A stretch of 55,919 nucleotides of DNA, filler included, from Basidiobolus ranarum (Eukaryota): the NCBI GenBank assembly GCA_040143965.1. It is 3 parts of 3 records of this genome, joined end to end, with 100 filler letters (N's around TTAATTAATTAA, not from the genome) between each part and the next. Parts side by side here need not be neighbours in the genome. Positions count along the whole stretch, not along the records: positions 18,766 to 37,308 come from JASJQH010000273.1; 2 more parts are not named here. One strand, given 5' to 3'. Shown in pieces: positions 23,301 through 35,399 of this stretch (positions are counted from its first letter, which is position 1; every line of letters begins with the position of its first letter). The notes below the pieces were generated by a model that was given only the letters and a program-made list of their open reading frames with translations, was not told the origin of the DNA and made no database searches. A program made the position numbers and the translations under genes.

Positions 23301-25403
23301 CCTTATGATCAGACGAAAAGCGAATGAATGGCATATAACGTGAGCAAAACAATAACTCGTATATCGCCACTGCTAGCCAATGAACACAGAGGGTTAGCAT
23401 TCGGAATTCAATTCTATCTTAATAATTTGCTCCTTCTTGAGTGTGAACTTTCTTTAGCCAAGTTTCCACCAGACTGTCTTGTTTGGCTAAGAAGGACGTA
23501 CAGATTACGGGACCCGAGAACATATTAATGAACCTGCTTCATTAGCGGCCAAATTGAATTCATCAAGTGACAGACTTCCTCTCCCGTAGTTCCAATTAGC
23601 CCTGATCCGTCATGGAGAGAACATATAGGATAGTTTGGGATTTCTTCCAGTTTGGTTGTACGATTCTTCCAGCACTTCCCTCAGTGATTTGGCCATTCAA
23701 TCCATAAATATTTAATGATCACAAAGAGTTAAATTGTGGTTATTTAGCTTAATTTGTCATCCAACATTTGGAGTATCACGGGACTCCTTCGCGGATATAA
23801 TTTACGATAGCTACGTTGAATAAGGAGGCGTAGGGCACGTTTTGTTAAATCGCCGCTTTTCATTTCGTGTCACCTTTCATTAATGTATTCGTGTACAATG
23901 ATATGTGCTGAATTTCCAGAGATAAGATACGATACGGGAATAGTGACGGCATGCATATTGAGTAGGTGACTCAATTCATATCACTACTGCTTCGCATTCT
24001 TGTCGAGGGGGCTATTTGCACACCTTGTGTATATGCCTCTAACCCATTTGAATACCAAGCTGTGTCTACCATTTCACGGCACAACGTGTTTAAGATACGA
24101 TTGTTCTGCTACCACATAATAGGGCGTGGGAGCGATGTATGAATATGGAAAACCGTTGCTTTTAGAAGCTTGGGGATTGTGCAAATGTTGGTTCACATCG
24201 GAATCTGGAACAGGAAAAAGGTAGGTCTATCTTCTTGTCCTAGTGAGACATCAGTGTCTTTTCATTTCCAAATTCTTCTGATAGTATTAATTGTGGTTTC
24301 AACTGTAACAAATCACACAACTGGAGCACAATCCATTACGAAAACAATGTTCCAAATGTCGATGGAATCGAAAGTTTACCCCCGGTGTTGGAGTAACTTC
24401 AGAATCCAGTGAGTTGTTACTTAACTGGCAGCGTCAAGGGCTCGTACACTCTTACATGACACCTTTTCGTGGAATAATCGTGCTAACTTACTGGGAAATA
24501 TGTAACCCAAAAGCCACCATGAGATTCTATATGAAAGATAGTCCCACCCACGCTAGGAGTAGGACCTATTCTATTGAAGAGGCTATAGGGTTTTACTGCA
24601 TTGCTATGCATGTGTAACAACCAAGCAGAACTATCACAAGCCATCGCACACAAACCTCTCGCCAATTATTAAGATTGCCAAAAGAGGCGTTGGAGGGTAT
24701 GTACTCTCAGTTTACTTGGTTTGTGTTGTATATATCCGATTTCTCTGCAAGGAAAAAGTACGAAATAGTGCAAGTGTTCGTGCCAACTCCCTCTTTATTA
24801 AGAAGCTTTGGGCTCTTTTAGTGAGTTATATCAGAGATGTCTCATATGATCACTGTTCGAGGCGGTCTCGAGATTGAGTTTGCATTTCCGAGAAGACGGC
24901 ATCTTATTGGTTGCAAGCCAAATGAAAAGATGCTTTGGCTCTTTTTAGTCGGTAATGTTACTGACAGGAAGGTGATTTGATAGCCAGAGTGTGTGTCACT
25001 ACCCTTTATGGACAAGTACATTTGCGCTCGAATAGGATCAGAATTGGGCAACTGGTTTTGCACCCGTCTGATCAACCAATAACAGCCAGGCCACAGTGTA
25101 CCACTCGATACTGCTACTATTCTTATTACTCCACGGGCAAACGTGTGACACCATCTCACATATTGTATCGGATTCACTGCTTATTTCCCTAATTTAAATC
25201 CGAAAGCTTCTGAACCAAATATATAAGTTGAAGCTATGCGTTCAAACAATCTGGCATTGGTAATCGTACACTTCGTTCCCTCGTCACCACCCTAAATCTT
25301 CCTGATCTTTAGTTTAGAAGCGTGTGCCTACACAACGTTGATTTCACACCTTTTTCTTCCATTGTTACACTTCTTGGTCTAGGATTGGACAATAATCAGA
25401 TTA

Positions 25404-26780
25404 ATGATTGATGCTGGTGCAGTTATAGCTTGTGTGCTGGGACCACTCTGGGTGGCGCAGGCATTGTTTGCAGCAAAGGTATTTTGGAATAGAAAGAATA
25501 CAGACTGTATAAAATATCGTTCTCCAGGATTAACTTTGGTAGCCCTCTGCTCTATATCCATCATTGGCACTATGTATATTATCCGGCTATCCAGCGCTTA
25601 TCGCTTCCCCTGTTTCCTAGTTTTGTGGTTCACTCAACTGGGTTATCCGATCATCTATCTTTGTATTCTGGGGCGTTCATTACGCTTCCTTTTCCTCTAT
25701 CGGTTAAGTGAGGCCAAGTTAGCCGCCGCACTAAATACCAAAGTGAAGTCAAAATTTTTCAAGAAATCTGATAGTCTGGCCGGAAATCTCAAAAAGCGCT
25801 CGAGTGAGGATTCAGGTTTGGAATTGCAAAATCTTACTTACGCATCAGACACTTCCTTCCCATCCACATCCTTTCCACTTGAGGAGAATTGGTATTACAA
25901 GCATCGCCGGATCCTTGGTTCCAATGTTTTGGGGACTCTTATGAGCGTGGTAGTGCTTATTCATGTTATCGTTCTGATGGTCATTCAAGTGGTGAGTCCC
26001 AGGTTCGCTGTAGTTCCTTCCATCGCTGATGAAGAATGTATGGTGGGATGGGAATGGATCCCACACCGGTTTTTTGTGGCGCTCTACACGGTGTTGATCT
26101 TTTTCTTGATCCTACTGCTTCGCTCAGTCAGTGATGCTTATGGGATTCGTCGTGAACTGATCATCATGTGCTCTATCAGCACATTCATCGACATCTTCCT
26201 GATTATTTTCTTCTCCGTTCCTGCAATGCAAATACTGGATCCTAATATCTTCTCCTTGGCCATTGCTTTGATCCCCATTTCAATCTTTTATTACTTTATG
26301 GTTCTAAAGCCCATCATAGAGTCATATGGATTCACCACGATATTCCAAACACTGATGTGCCGTCCTCCGCAAATCACTCTAACCTCTAGTATGGAATCAT
26401 TTGAAATTCTACTACGAACCCCATCATTGTTTGAGCAATTCAAGCTGTTTGCCGTAAAAGATTTCACGGTGGAGAATGTTTTATTTTATGAATACTGCTG
26501 TCGCATTCACGAGCTAGCAGTCAGTTCATCGAATTATACCGAAGAGCTACGGGAGATGTTTACTATATTTATTGCCCATGACTCTCGGTTCATGATCAAC
26601 CTAAATGGGCGAACATTTAGAAAGTTACAGCAGATGGTGTTGGAAGGAAGATTCGAAGAGAATATGTACGATGAAGCGCAAGAAGAAGTTAAAGATCTCA
26701 TGTTCCGTAACACCTATCCCCGATACCTACAGACACGTAGAAATACCAACGTCCGCTGGGATACAGTGGCCGAACCGTAA
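25404..26780 (+). CDS. Seven-transmembrane protein with C-terminal RGS domain (7TM-RGS), intronless
   Basis: 458-aa ORF with seven hydrophobic segments and IKYRSP and DAYGIRREL motifs. RGS core: FEQFKLFAVKDFTVENVLFY..INLNGRTFRKL..YDEAQEEVKDLMFRNTYPRYL. Confidence 0.9.
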   Translation: MIDAGAVIACVLGPLWVAQALFAAKVFWNRKNTDCIKYRSPGLTLVALCSISIIGTMYIIRLSSAYRFPCFLVLWFTQLGYPIIYLCILGRSLRFLFLYRLSEAKLAAALNTKVKSKFFKKSDSLAGNLKKRSSEDSGLELQNLTYASDTSFPSTSFPLEENWYYKHRRILGSNVLGTLMSVVVLIHVIVLMVIQVVSPRFAVVPSIADEECMVGWEWIPHRFFVALYTVLIFFLILLLRSVSDAYGIRRELIIMCSISTFIDIFLIIFFSVPAMQILDPNIFSLAIALIPISIFYYFMVLKPIIESYGFTTIFQTLMCRPPQITLTSSMESFEILLRTPSLFEQFKLFAVKDFTVENVLFYEYCCRIHELAVSSSNYTEELREMFTIFIAHDSRFMINLNGRTFRKLQQMVLEGRFEENMYDEAQEEVKDLMFRNTYPRYLQTRRNTNVRWDTVAEP

Positions 26781-29700
26781 GCTGGGATCATCTTCTTTCT
26801 ACCTTCTATGTGTACTTTTTTCTCATTTAAAAAAATCCCCATTAATATAATCCGTCTTTTTACTGTCTTGTATACATCTTTCTGGTGACGTATATTTATA
26901 TCCTACCCCAGTGACACATCTATGCATTTCCTTTTTTGTTCGTTCGATATTCAGTTAAATTAACTTAGATTCAATTTATACTTCAAAATCTCACATTCCC
27001 TCACCCTACCCTCACCAGTGGCTGTGAACTTCAGCTATTATTCTTAGAGAACTATAATTAAACAAAGGACACATGACGTGCATATAAGACTTCACCCGTG
27101 TACTTATTGCGATCACTTCCAGGATAGATTCGTTCTAGACGATCTGGAATCCGAAACGAAGTGACGTTTTGGTGGTGACAGACTACTAAAGAAGCGAGGA
27201 GTGGTCATGGAGCTCAAATAGCGAGGATATCGTTCTACACAAATGCAACAGTCTAAGAATGTCGAGACAAACAAGGGCCATTGGATTCTTGACGCAATCC
27301 ATTGAATCTGGTTCGGTTTTTTCTCAAACCATTGTGTGAGATAAGCAGCGAACTACTAAGGTTTCATTCACACTAGGAATCCTCATGATAATTCATAGAG
27401 GCCATGTGGCATCCTCAAGTGACTTTCTTTTGTTGTCATAACGTATCACCTAGGCCAGTAATGTGACCTATTCATATTCCATATTCAATGATGTCATTGG
27501 ATCGCTGTATACTGAGAATACTGAATTTTATCCATTGGGAACTTTTGGATCGCTCCAAATATACTTAAATGACACGATAAGCCAATCATGGTGGGCCAGA
27601 TCGGTAGCGCTTACTGTTCGTAGAAATCACTGGACTTCGAATCTGGACCATCAGGTGTTGTGAATAGACCAGAGTAGATCGGAGGTAGAAGCATCCAGGA
27701 TACATACCGTAGTGTATATGTGATTGAATACTAGATGTTCAGTAATCTAATCGTTGATGGATAAGGCAAGGCCCACTTCCCCATCATGAAGAAGTAAAGA
27801 TGAATCTATCTGGGGAATGTTTGGTATGGCACGTTTCTAGCTCACTTGCGATCCCAGTCTGAAGGGCTTCTTAGTGGTGCGATTATTGTGTCATGAGATC
27901 TTTGGCACTACCGCCCCTTTACTTGGAGTATCCTTGTACAGGTGGATTTGGGGATATATTGATTGATCTTGCGCTATTTAAGGTTTCGGCCATTACATGG
28001 TCTGGTCGCTGAAGCAAAGCTTAGATCCTATCTAGAAGATGTAAGTAGTGAAGCATTTGTATTATGTGACGTTATGGATTTTGGAGGATATCTTTAGCAT
28101 TTCATTATCGGCAGGATCAAAAAAGGACAATCTCCTACATGTTTGTAGACACTTTTCTATACCTATTTCCCTTCATTCTAGATCTGGTACTCTACCAACA
28201 AGGAAAGGGTTCATCCTAACTCTTGTGAGATAATGAAGCCCAAGTTCAGCCAGGGTCGAAGATTTTCGTCTATAGAAGGTGATGCTAGAGTGATAAAAAG
28301 TTATACAGCGTGATACAAGACCAATCAGAGGTTCTCCATGCTAAAAGGTTTAAGGGATAAGGTCAAGGAAAGCATGTACAGGCGATAATAGACTGACACT
28401 AAATCCCCCACTGATCCGGATTGAGAAATGTCTCTAACAATGACGAAAATTTCTTACTTATACCTACTAGGGCCTGGTTTCTAGAACTTGATGTTAAGCG
28501 CAGGTAACCAGCCACCCTAAATTGGTATAGAGAATCCTGGTTCTATAACAAACTGAAGGCTGACCCTTACCAACTTGAGTGGTAATAGCTATTCACAGTG
28601 TATAACTTAACTAATATAATAATATACTCCACCCAGAGTGAAACAGAGAGAAGTGGCAGAATAGTTATTTTTGGATCGACCGTGCCATTTACTAACCAGA
28701 TAGAGTGGTTTTATTTATTGGTTGTAACGGTATCACTCTATGGGAGAACATCATAGGTTACCTATCTAGTCTCATGTATTGGTATCCCAGCCCAGAGTGG
28801 CAGTCATGCCAGAAATATTAAATTCTGTGGTACACAGTTTGAAATACACCATTTCAAATATCCTTTATGTAACCAGATAATTCAAGCTAGTTGATGTCAT
28901 TTGTGGCTTCTACTGCGGCTTTCGAGGGGATATTCGCACTTGGAGTGTACAAATCTCATTTCAAATAGATTTATGGGTCCCACATACCGCATTCAACTTG
29001 ATTAAATCCTACTAGGCTGTGTAACCTGACTCTTTGCTTTCAAAGCCCCACACGTGTATGTTTCTACACTTGTTGGCTTGGAGTATTTTGGTTGGTAGAT
29101 AGCGAAATGGCGAGAGTGACTCATGCTCATTACCTCATCGATCTGAAGTTGAGTAACAAACAGAATCTGGCAGTAGTAGGTCTTGTCATTTGCAATTTAA
29201 CCCACGAACATTACAAGTGCAAGCTACTTTTTTGGTGAAATTTCAAAATCTGCGTCGTTTCTACGTGATACGGTTCCAAGTTTCTTAAAGTAAGGCAAGA
29301 CACAAATTCTAGGACTCTCCCAGGTAACCGTGGAGTGTTTGACCGTGATACTCATGGAAACTACTAGGAAAGGTAAATTAATTGCCATAACAATTTATTA
29401 ACAACGATGGTTTCATCGGACTCTTGGAAGTATCGTAGAGATAGAGCTCGTACTACCTTAGACCGTTGACTATATAATGGTTCACCAAGTATCCGCCTCT
29501 TGCCATCAAAGAGCAGTGCTCTAATACTCCATCCAAACACCATTATAAACCCAAATGAATGCAATGGACTGCGAACAGGTTTCATGTCAAGGGGAATCTC
29601 TCTCCCGACCATCTCTAATTAGAACCATTAGCTACTACTCCTCCACGAATCTCAATACACGGTTCTCTGTGGTAAAGAAAACTACCCATCGTTTTCCTGG

Positions 29701-30860
29701 CTTCGAAGAAGTAATACGAACTGAATCTACTCTACGTCTCTCGCTTACTCCCAAAGTAGCCCTTTAATCATGGTGTTCATAATTAAATGTGCTTTCCAAT
29801 GTAATCTTTATACCTCGACTCATGTAGCGGTTTATTAATACCCTTGTAAATAAAATACCAACCGAAACTACCTATCTATATATATTCATATGTTCTAAAC
29901 TCTATGTTTAGCTGCCCTTTGGTTCTGCCATACTAGCTACTAAAAATAAGGCTTCACTGGTGATGTTGGGAATAGCGCAGACGATAAAGTGTTATATTCC
30001 TATGGAATAATCACCTAGCCAAGCATTACAAGCAAATGGACCTCTATGGAAGCTGAATTGATGTTCCTTGGTACGAGTTCCAAGTCGGAAAATTCCAGTA
30101 ATAATGCTCCTTCTCTATTAAGTAGAGTTCAACCAAGAATTCACCATCACCACTTTTGTATTCCCCTGTAACTAGATTCATAACCGATGTTGAATCGGGA
30201 TTGAGTATTGGAATCGAACCCAAACTCTAAAGGTCAAAACCAGCCCATGGCCTCCATTGCTCTTGATCTCTACCCGCAGGTTCCGGATCTGGTCGGGAGC
30301 CTTCCCTGACTTTATGCCCAGTATAAATGGAATATCGCGTTACATCGTGGTAAAGAATGTGAAACCATGAGACTAGGATTGCAGCAAACTCAACCCTTAA
30401 GTTGGATATGACAGAGAACCCCAATATATATCCCAGCTGTCAATACTAATGACCGCGAGAATATGCGAGATTGAAATTTAGTTACATGCGCAAAGAGGGC
30501 ATTGATAATAGCTACTGAACCCTACACATTAGAAAGAAAGTGCCTTCGGTTGGATCACCTAAATCCCGATTATCTCATGGTAAATCTTCTCATCCAAGTC
30601 AATGCTACAAAATAAGGAATTCCCTCGTGACAAGAAAATATTTCATACTAATAACAATACTCGAATAAAAATTACCAACGTGGAGAAATAGATATTGGGA
30701 CAGTTTTTGTCGTCTGATGCTTTTTACTGGTCCTGATTGGTCACTTGTACCTCTGGTGACCAATAGTACTCCATAATTATCATGGCCGCATAGATTTTAG
30801 TGAGATATAAATAGAAGCTTTCGGCCTTGAGATACTCCAAACTCCTCTTTATTGTCGAAT

Positions 30861-31376
30861 ATGCTGAAAAATTCTTACTCCCAAACGACTCGAACATTCG
30901 TACTTGAACACCGGGGGATTACTTCGCTGGCCAAGGATACAGATGGAAGCATCGCTTATTACCAGTTAATAAGATCAAATAGATTTCGCACCAAGTCCAC
31001 CTTAGTAGATGTTAATACCGGAAGAGACGTACTAATTTTACGCCGTCGTAGTCGGTTTCGTTATGTAAAAATCAACAACCGAATCGATAACACTTCAGAG
31101 TATTTTGTCTATCCTATACCAGGCTCCTACTCCTTTGTATTCCAGTACGGTGGATATAACTATTGTTGGCACGTACTGAGTGATGGAGGATTATCCTGCT
31201 TTGACACCAGCACCAACGCACCTATCGCTCACTTCCTCCCAAGAAACAAAGCGAAATCACTGATTTGTTCAGAAACTGGTGAGTTAACCTTACATCAAGG
31301 TACTGAGAAGATGCAACCATTCTTAATAGCATCAGTATTTTTGTTGGTGAATATTTTATACGGCTCCAAACAATAG
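30861..31376 (+). CDS. Hypothetical protein, possibly tubby-C/LURP-one-like beta-barrel
   Basis: Uninterrupted ORF from ATG 30861, with TATAAATA at ~30806. Beta-strand pattern (YSFVFQYGGYNYCW, NAPIAHF, GELTL) ends in a hydrophobic helix (PFLIASVFLLV). Confidence 0.6.
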   Translation: MLKNSYSQTTRTFVLEHRGITSLAKDTDGSIAYYQLIRSNRFRTKSTLVDVNTGRDVLILRRRSRFRYVKINNRIDNTSEYFVYPIPGSYSFVFQYGGYNYCWHVLSDGGLSCFDTSTNAPIAHFLPRNKAKSLICSETGELTLHQGTEKMQPFLIASVFLLVNILYGSKQ

Positions 31377-33875
31377 TACACATGCATTTTACTACGAATT
31401 TGGATTATATCTCACGAACATCTGGTTTAACGTTAATTTATTTGTACATATCTTTTATTATTTCCATTGTGTCTTTGATTGAGATACCCCATATGTAAGC
31501 CTTATCTTGCATATTATATACCCTTTCTGTTTCCAATAAATTCCACTTCTCTTTGAATAGAGTAATTGTAACTAACTTGATATATGTAAATCGATGAAAT
31601 AGGCTATAGACGAACTCACAAGAGAGCCTACTCATTGTCAACTTCAATATCAGTGTACTATTCAATTACATTTAGTTTTAGTTAACTGTTTATAAGACTA
31701 CCAACTATCAGTAAATCTCTTTGAAATGGCTAAAGCAAAACTCTACCATCATAACTAATATTTTTTCTTAAGTTTGTGACCATGTTGCAATCTGACTTTT
31801 AGTTGAATTTTAATCACCTTGTCAAAATATATCTCAGCAATTTACAAGTCAAGGTGGGATAAACTTCATATTACTTAGAACATATCTTGAGTAAGTATAT
31901 TATAAAAGACAAAGATTCTATCGAAATCTGGAACTTTGGTGTTGAAGTGAATAATTCTGATTTGAGAATACCACACTAATGCCAACTCTGTAGTACAACT
32001 GAAGATTAAAAAGTATAGAATAAAGTTGCTAATGTGGTATCTAGTTTGAGAACCGTCATAGAATGTATTTTGGACCAGAATTGAGCTATTGAATTAGATA
32101 TTCCATGTGTGTTGAACTTTATGTGACATTAATATTCACTCAGCACATTATGATTTTTGCATGTGCGTAGATCATTAAAAATAGAGAAGTTTGGAGAAAA
32201 TAGTACAAGTGAATAAAAGCAAACTAATGGATATCTTTCAATTCGAGCAATAAATCTTTTTCAATATTAGAGCTAAATTGAATGGGAATGAGTTAGAATG
32301 TGAATTAACTAACTGCTAAATATCTATGCTTAACTGCCACAAAGATTTCTTCCAGGTTTAAAATAATCCCAATAATGGTTAAAATTCAAGAATCTTCAAA
32401 TATGTTCTTGAAATCTCAGAGTATCCAAGAAGAAATGGAGTTATCGTATCATATGATGTTAATTTATGAGAATATATTTGATTCAATTCCAAGAGTTATT
32501 TTTTCATCACTATTAAGAGTAAAACATGAACCCTTATTGGCTGCGCCTGCCGTTCAAAAATACTAATCATAGAGTTGGAGATTCTATTAATATCCCATAA
32601 TTCTATTCGGTTAGGCGATGTAACGTCACGTGATTATTGAACACGGAAAAAAATGTGGTAAATTAAACCAATGGTTGAATTTGACGAAGAAAAATTTCTT
32701 ACCATATCATATTTGGACTGAATAACTTGGGTACGATAGAAAAGGATACAAATCTACCTAACACTAAATAGAAATATGTATCAGATGCAATTTAGAATGG
32801 GAACATAGATCATAACAATGATTATTGCGAACAAATCATAAAAGAATTTCGTGATTAACTAGTAGCTATATCATATTTGAATTTTTGATTTGTATAGAAA
32901 GAAAGAAAATATGGCCAGCCTTCTTACTCGAGTCTCATTCCACCCGTTAGGGCTAATCCACTCAAGTCTTTTTATGGTCCGGCAAATTATACCATCGCTC
33001 CGTTAGCCTTCATTTCAGTGAAACACAAAATGAAGACTGCAAACACAATTGTCTGCATCGATGGATGTGATTTTGAATGAACATCAGGATAGGCTTTTGA
33101 TCATTTCTTGGAATTCCACAAATTTTGGGATTTCAATTATTTAGGCGGGAATGAAATTTACAATCTTCCAAAGTTAATTCGATTTGGATTTCACTCATTT
33201 AAGATTTTGATAAGTATCAAATAATGGATTAGATATAATAGAATTTCCATTATAAGGGTTAGGGTTAGGCTTGATGCTGTCGCATATACTCAAAAACTTG
33301 ATTGAGTTCAGATAGTACGATCAATATAAGCAATTTAATTTCAAAATATTTAGGAAACGGAGAGCGACGGACACAAAAAATGATTAAAAGCTTTGGTATA
33401 ACTAAACTTCAAACCAAAAATCTCATATTTTTGTGGAAGATATTAGTCTGACGAATAAATTTCAAGCTGGCAGATATCTAAGTAGAGATCCTAACCATTT
33501 CCTCATCAGACATGAATTTCACCATATCGAAAAGATGCTACAGTCATTATTTCAAAGTAGATTTATTTATGATGTACTTTGTCGCTGAAGCTGAAATCTA
33601 TATACGAGCATAGTTAGTGCTTGTGTGGAAGACATAAAGCATATAGGTCATAGATAAAAGATAAACGTGAGGATGAAGGAAATGGTAACTGTACAAGTTT
33701 CACACAATAGGTCTAGGTTTGGGCAATTATGGTCCATGAATAAGGTGAGAATAAGAATACATCAGAAAATTAGATGCAGACGGAGTTTATATATCCTCTC
33801 TGGTAACAAAGCCCTCTATGTCGGTTTGCAGAGACAAAACCAGAGATTGGCATGAACCCAAAGTGGATATAAGGT

Positions 33876-35399
33876 TTACTTTCTATCAGAGTTTTCGATC
33901 TCTTCGCAAATCTCCTCAAGTGACTTGCCCTTGGTCTCGGGGATCCAGAAAGTAGTAAGGAAACCGAGGAACATGATACCTGCGAAGATACCCAATGTTT
34001 GAGGAAGGAAGGCGTGATCACCATCAGCACCTCCCAACTCAACCAGTTGGTTGAAGCCGAAAGTAGCAATGATGGCACCGAGCTTACCAGAAGCCGCTGA
34101 GATTCCATGCGCTGTAGAACGGAAACGAGTGGGAAACACTTCGGAGGGGAGAACGAAGGTGGTCGTGTTGGGACCAAAGTTGAAGAAGAACTGGGCAAGA
34201 GTGAAGAGAGCGATGAAAAGGTAGACGGCCGTGTCACGAATCTTATAGAACCCAGCAGAGAGAATGATGAAGATAATGGTCAACATGATGAAACCCATCA
34301 ATTGGATCTTGATACGTCCCATACGTTCGATAAGGAACACAGTAAACCAGTATCCTGGGACAGTACCCATGAGTGAGATGATCATGTTCCCGACTGCCTC
34401 GGTCCACATCGCGTCGTAGGGAGACATACCCTTGGAGGAGTATCCAATAGCCTGAAGGACATAGGACTGGTTGAGGGAGAGTCCGTAGAAGGCAATATCC
34501 AGGAAAAACCATGAGAGCGAGGTACCGAGAAGAACCTTGAGATTCTTCCACTTGCAGAAATGTTGAGTGAATGAATCTTCTTGAGCAAATGTGGCAGGCA
34601 CAGCTTGTCCAATCTTCTCATCTTCGAAGTTATCATGCTCGTCGATCTCCTTGTTCTGCTCCCCTAAGACCAATTGAAGATCCCTGGCGGCCTTCTCAGT
34701 GTCTCCTTTGACTTCCATGGTGTAACGTGGTGATTCCGGCATGTTTAGACGGAACCACACTGTGAAGATGGCAGGAACACATCCAAATCCAAGCATCAAT
34801 CTCCATACGTAGTCGAGGTTAGCTTGATCCTCACGAATCAGTGTCTGGAAACAGGCCAGAACCATGACCGTGAATAATGCAGCGATCAATATACCAATAC
34901 CCTGGGAAGCAAATACTGCTGAAATCATCATACCACGACGATTAGTAGATGCGAACTCGGCGGTGATTACAGCACTGACTGGATAGTCTCCACCAATTCC
35001 GATCCCCAGAATGAACCTCCAGAGGGCAAGTACGGCAATGACATTCACACCCTTTCCCCAAGACCCGGCGATCGCACAACAGAAAGTAGCAAAGATAATG
35101 ATGATCAACTCGGAGCCATACATCTTCTTACGTCCAAGCTTGTCACTAAGATAACCAAAGAGCAGTTGACCAATCAAGGTACCAAAGGCGGTGGCTCCCT
35201 TCAATGGGCCTTCGAACTCTTTTGGAACCTTGTTGTTATTCTCGGCGTAGTATACATAGCCCATCATTGGCACCGCCAAGTTAATGATGAAAATGTCGTA
35301 GGCATCAGTGAAGAAGCCAATTCCGGCGACAATGATAGCACGCAAATGCCATCCTGTTAGCTTTGTCTCGTTGAGGTTGGCAAGTTGATCCACAGCCAT
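33876..35399 (-). CDS. PHO84: High-affinity phosphate:H+ symporter (MFS), intronless
   Basis: GIGFFTDAYDIF, DKLGRKKMYG, GIGIGGDYPVSA, WFFLDIAFYG, FFFNFGPNTTTF, RFRSTAHGISAASGKLG, PETKGKSLEE. First ATG at 35399, with a TATA-like element ~50 nt upstream. Confidence 0.96.
   Translation of the reverse strand: MAVDQLANLNETKLTGWHLRAIIVAGIGFFTDAYDIFIINLAVPMMGYVYYAENNNKVPKEFEGPLKGATAFGTLIGQLLFGYLSDKLGRKKMYGSELIIIIFATFCCAIAGSWGKGVNVIAVLALWRFILGIGIGGDYPVSAVITAEFASTNRRGMMISAVFASQGIGILIAALFTVMVLACFQTLIREDQANLDYVWRLMLGFGCVPAIFTVWFRLNMPESPRYTMEVKGDTEKAARDLQLVLGEQNKEIDEHDNFEDEKIGQAVPATFAQEDSFTQHFCKWKNLKVLLGTSLSWFFLDIAFYGLSLNQSYVLQAIGYSSKGMSPYDAMWTEAVGNMIISLMGTVPGYWFTVFLIERMGRIKIQLMGFIMLTIIFIILSAGFYKIRDTAVYLFIALFTLAQFFFNFGPNTTTFVLPSEVFPTRFRSTAHGISAASGKLGAIIATFGFNQLVELGGADGDHAFLPQTLGIFAGIMFLGFLTTFWIPETKGKSLEEICEEIENSDRK

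Noticed and set aside
30190..30275. Perfect Pol III B-box (GGTTCGATTCC on the minus strand, 30210-30220) suggesting a tRNA gene
   Set aside because: I could not fold an acceptor stem, D-arm or anticodon stem around it; at most a tRNA relic or isolated TFIIIC site. tRNAscan-SE would settle it.
33255..33269. Telomere-like TTAGGG repeats (also near 13517, 13623 and 16956)
   Set aside because: Only 1.5-2.5 units each; too short to call interstitial telomeres or binding sites.
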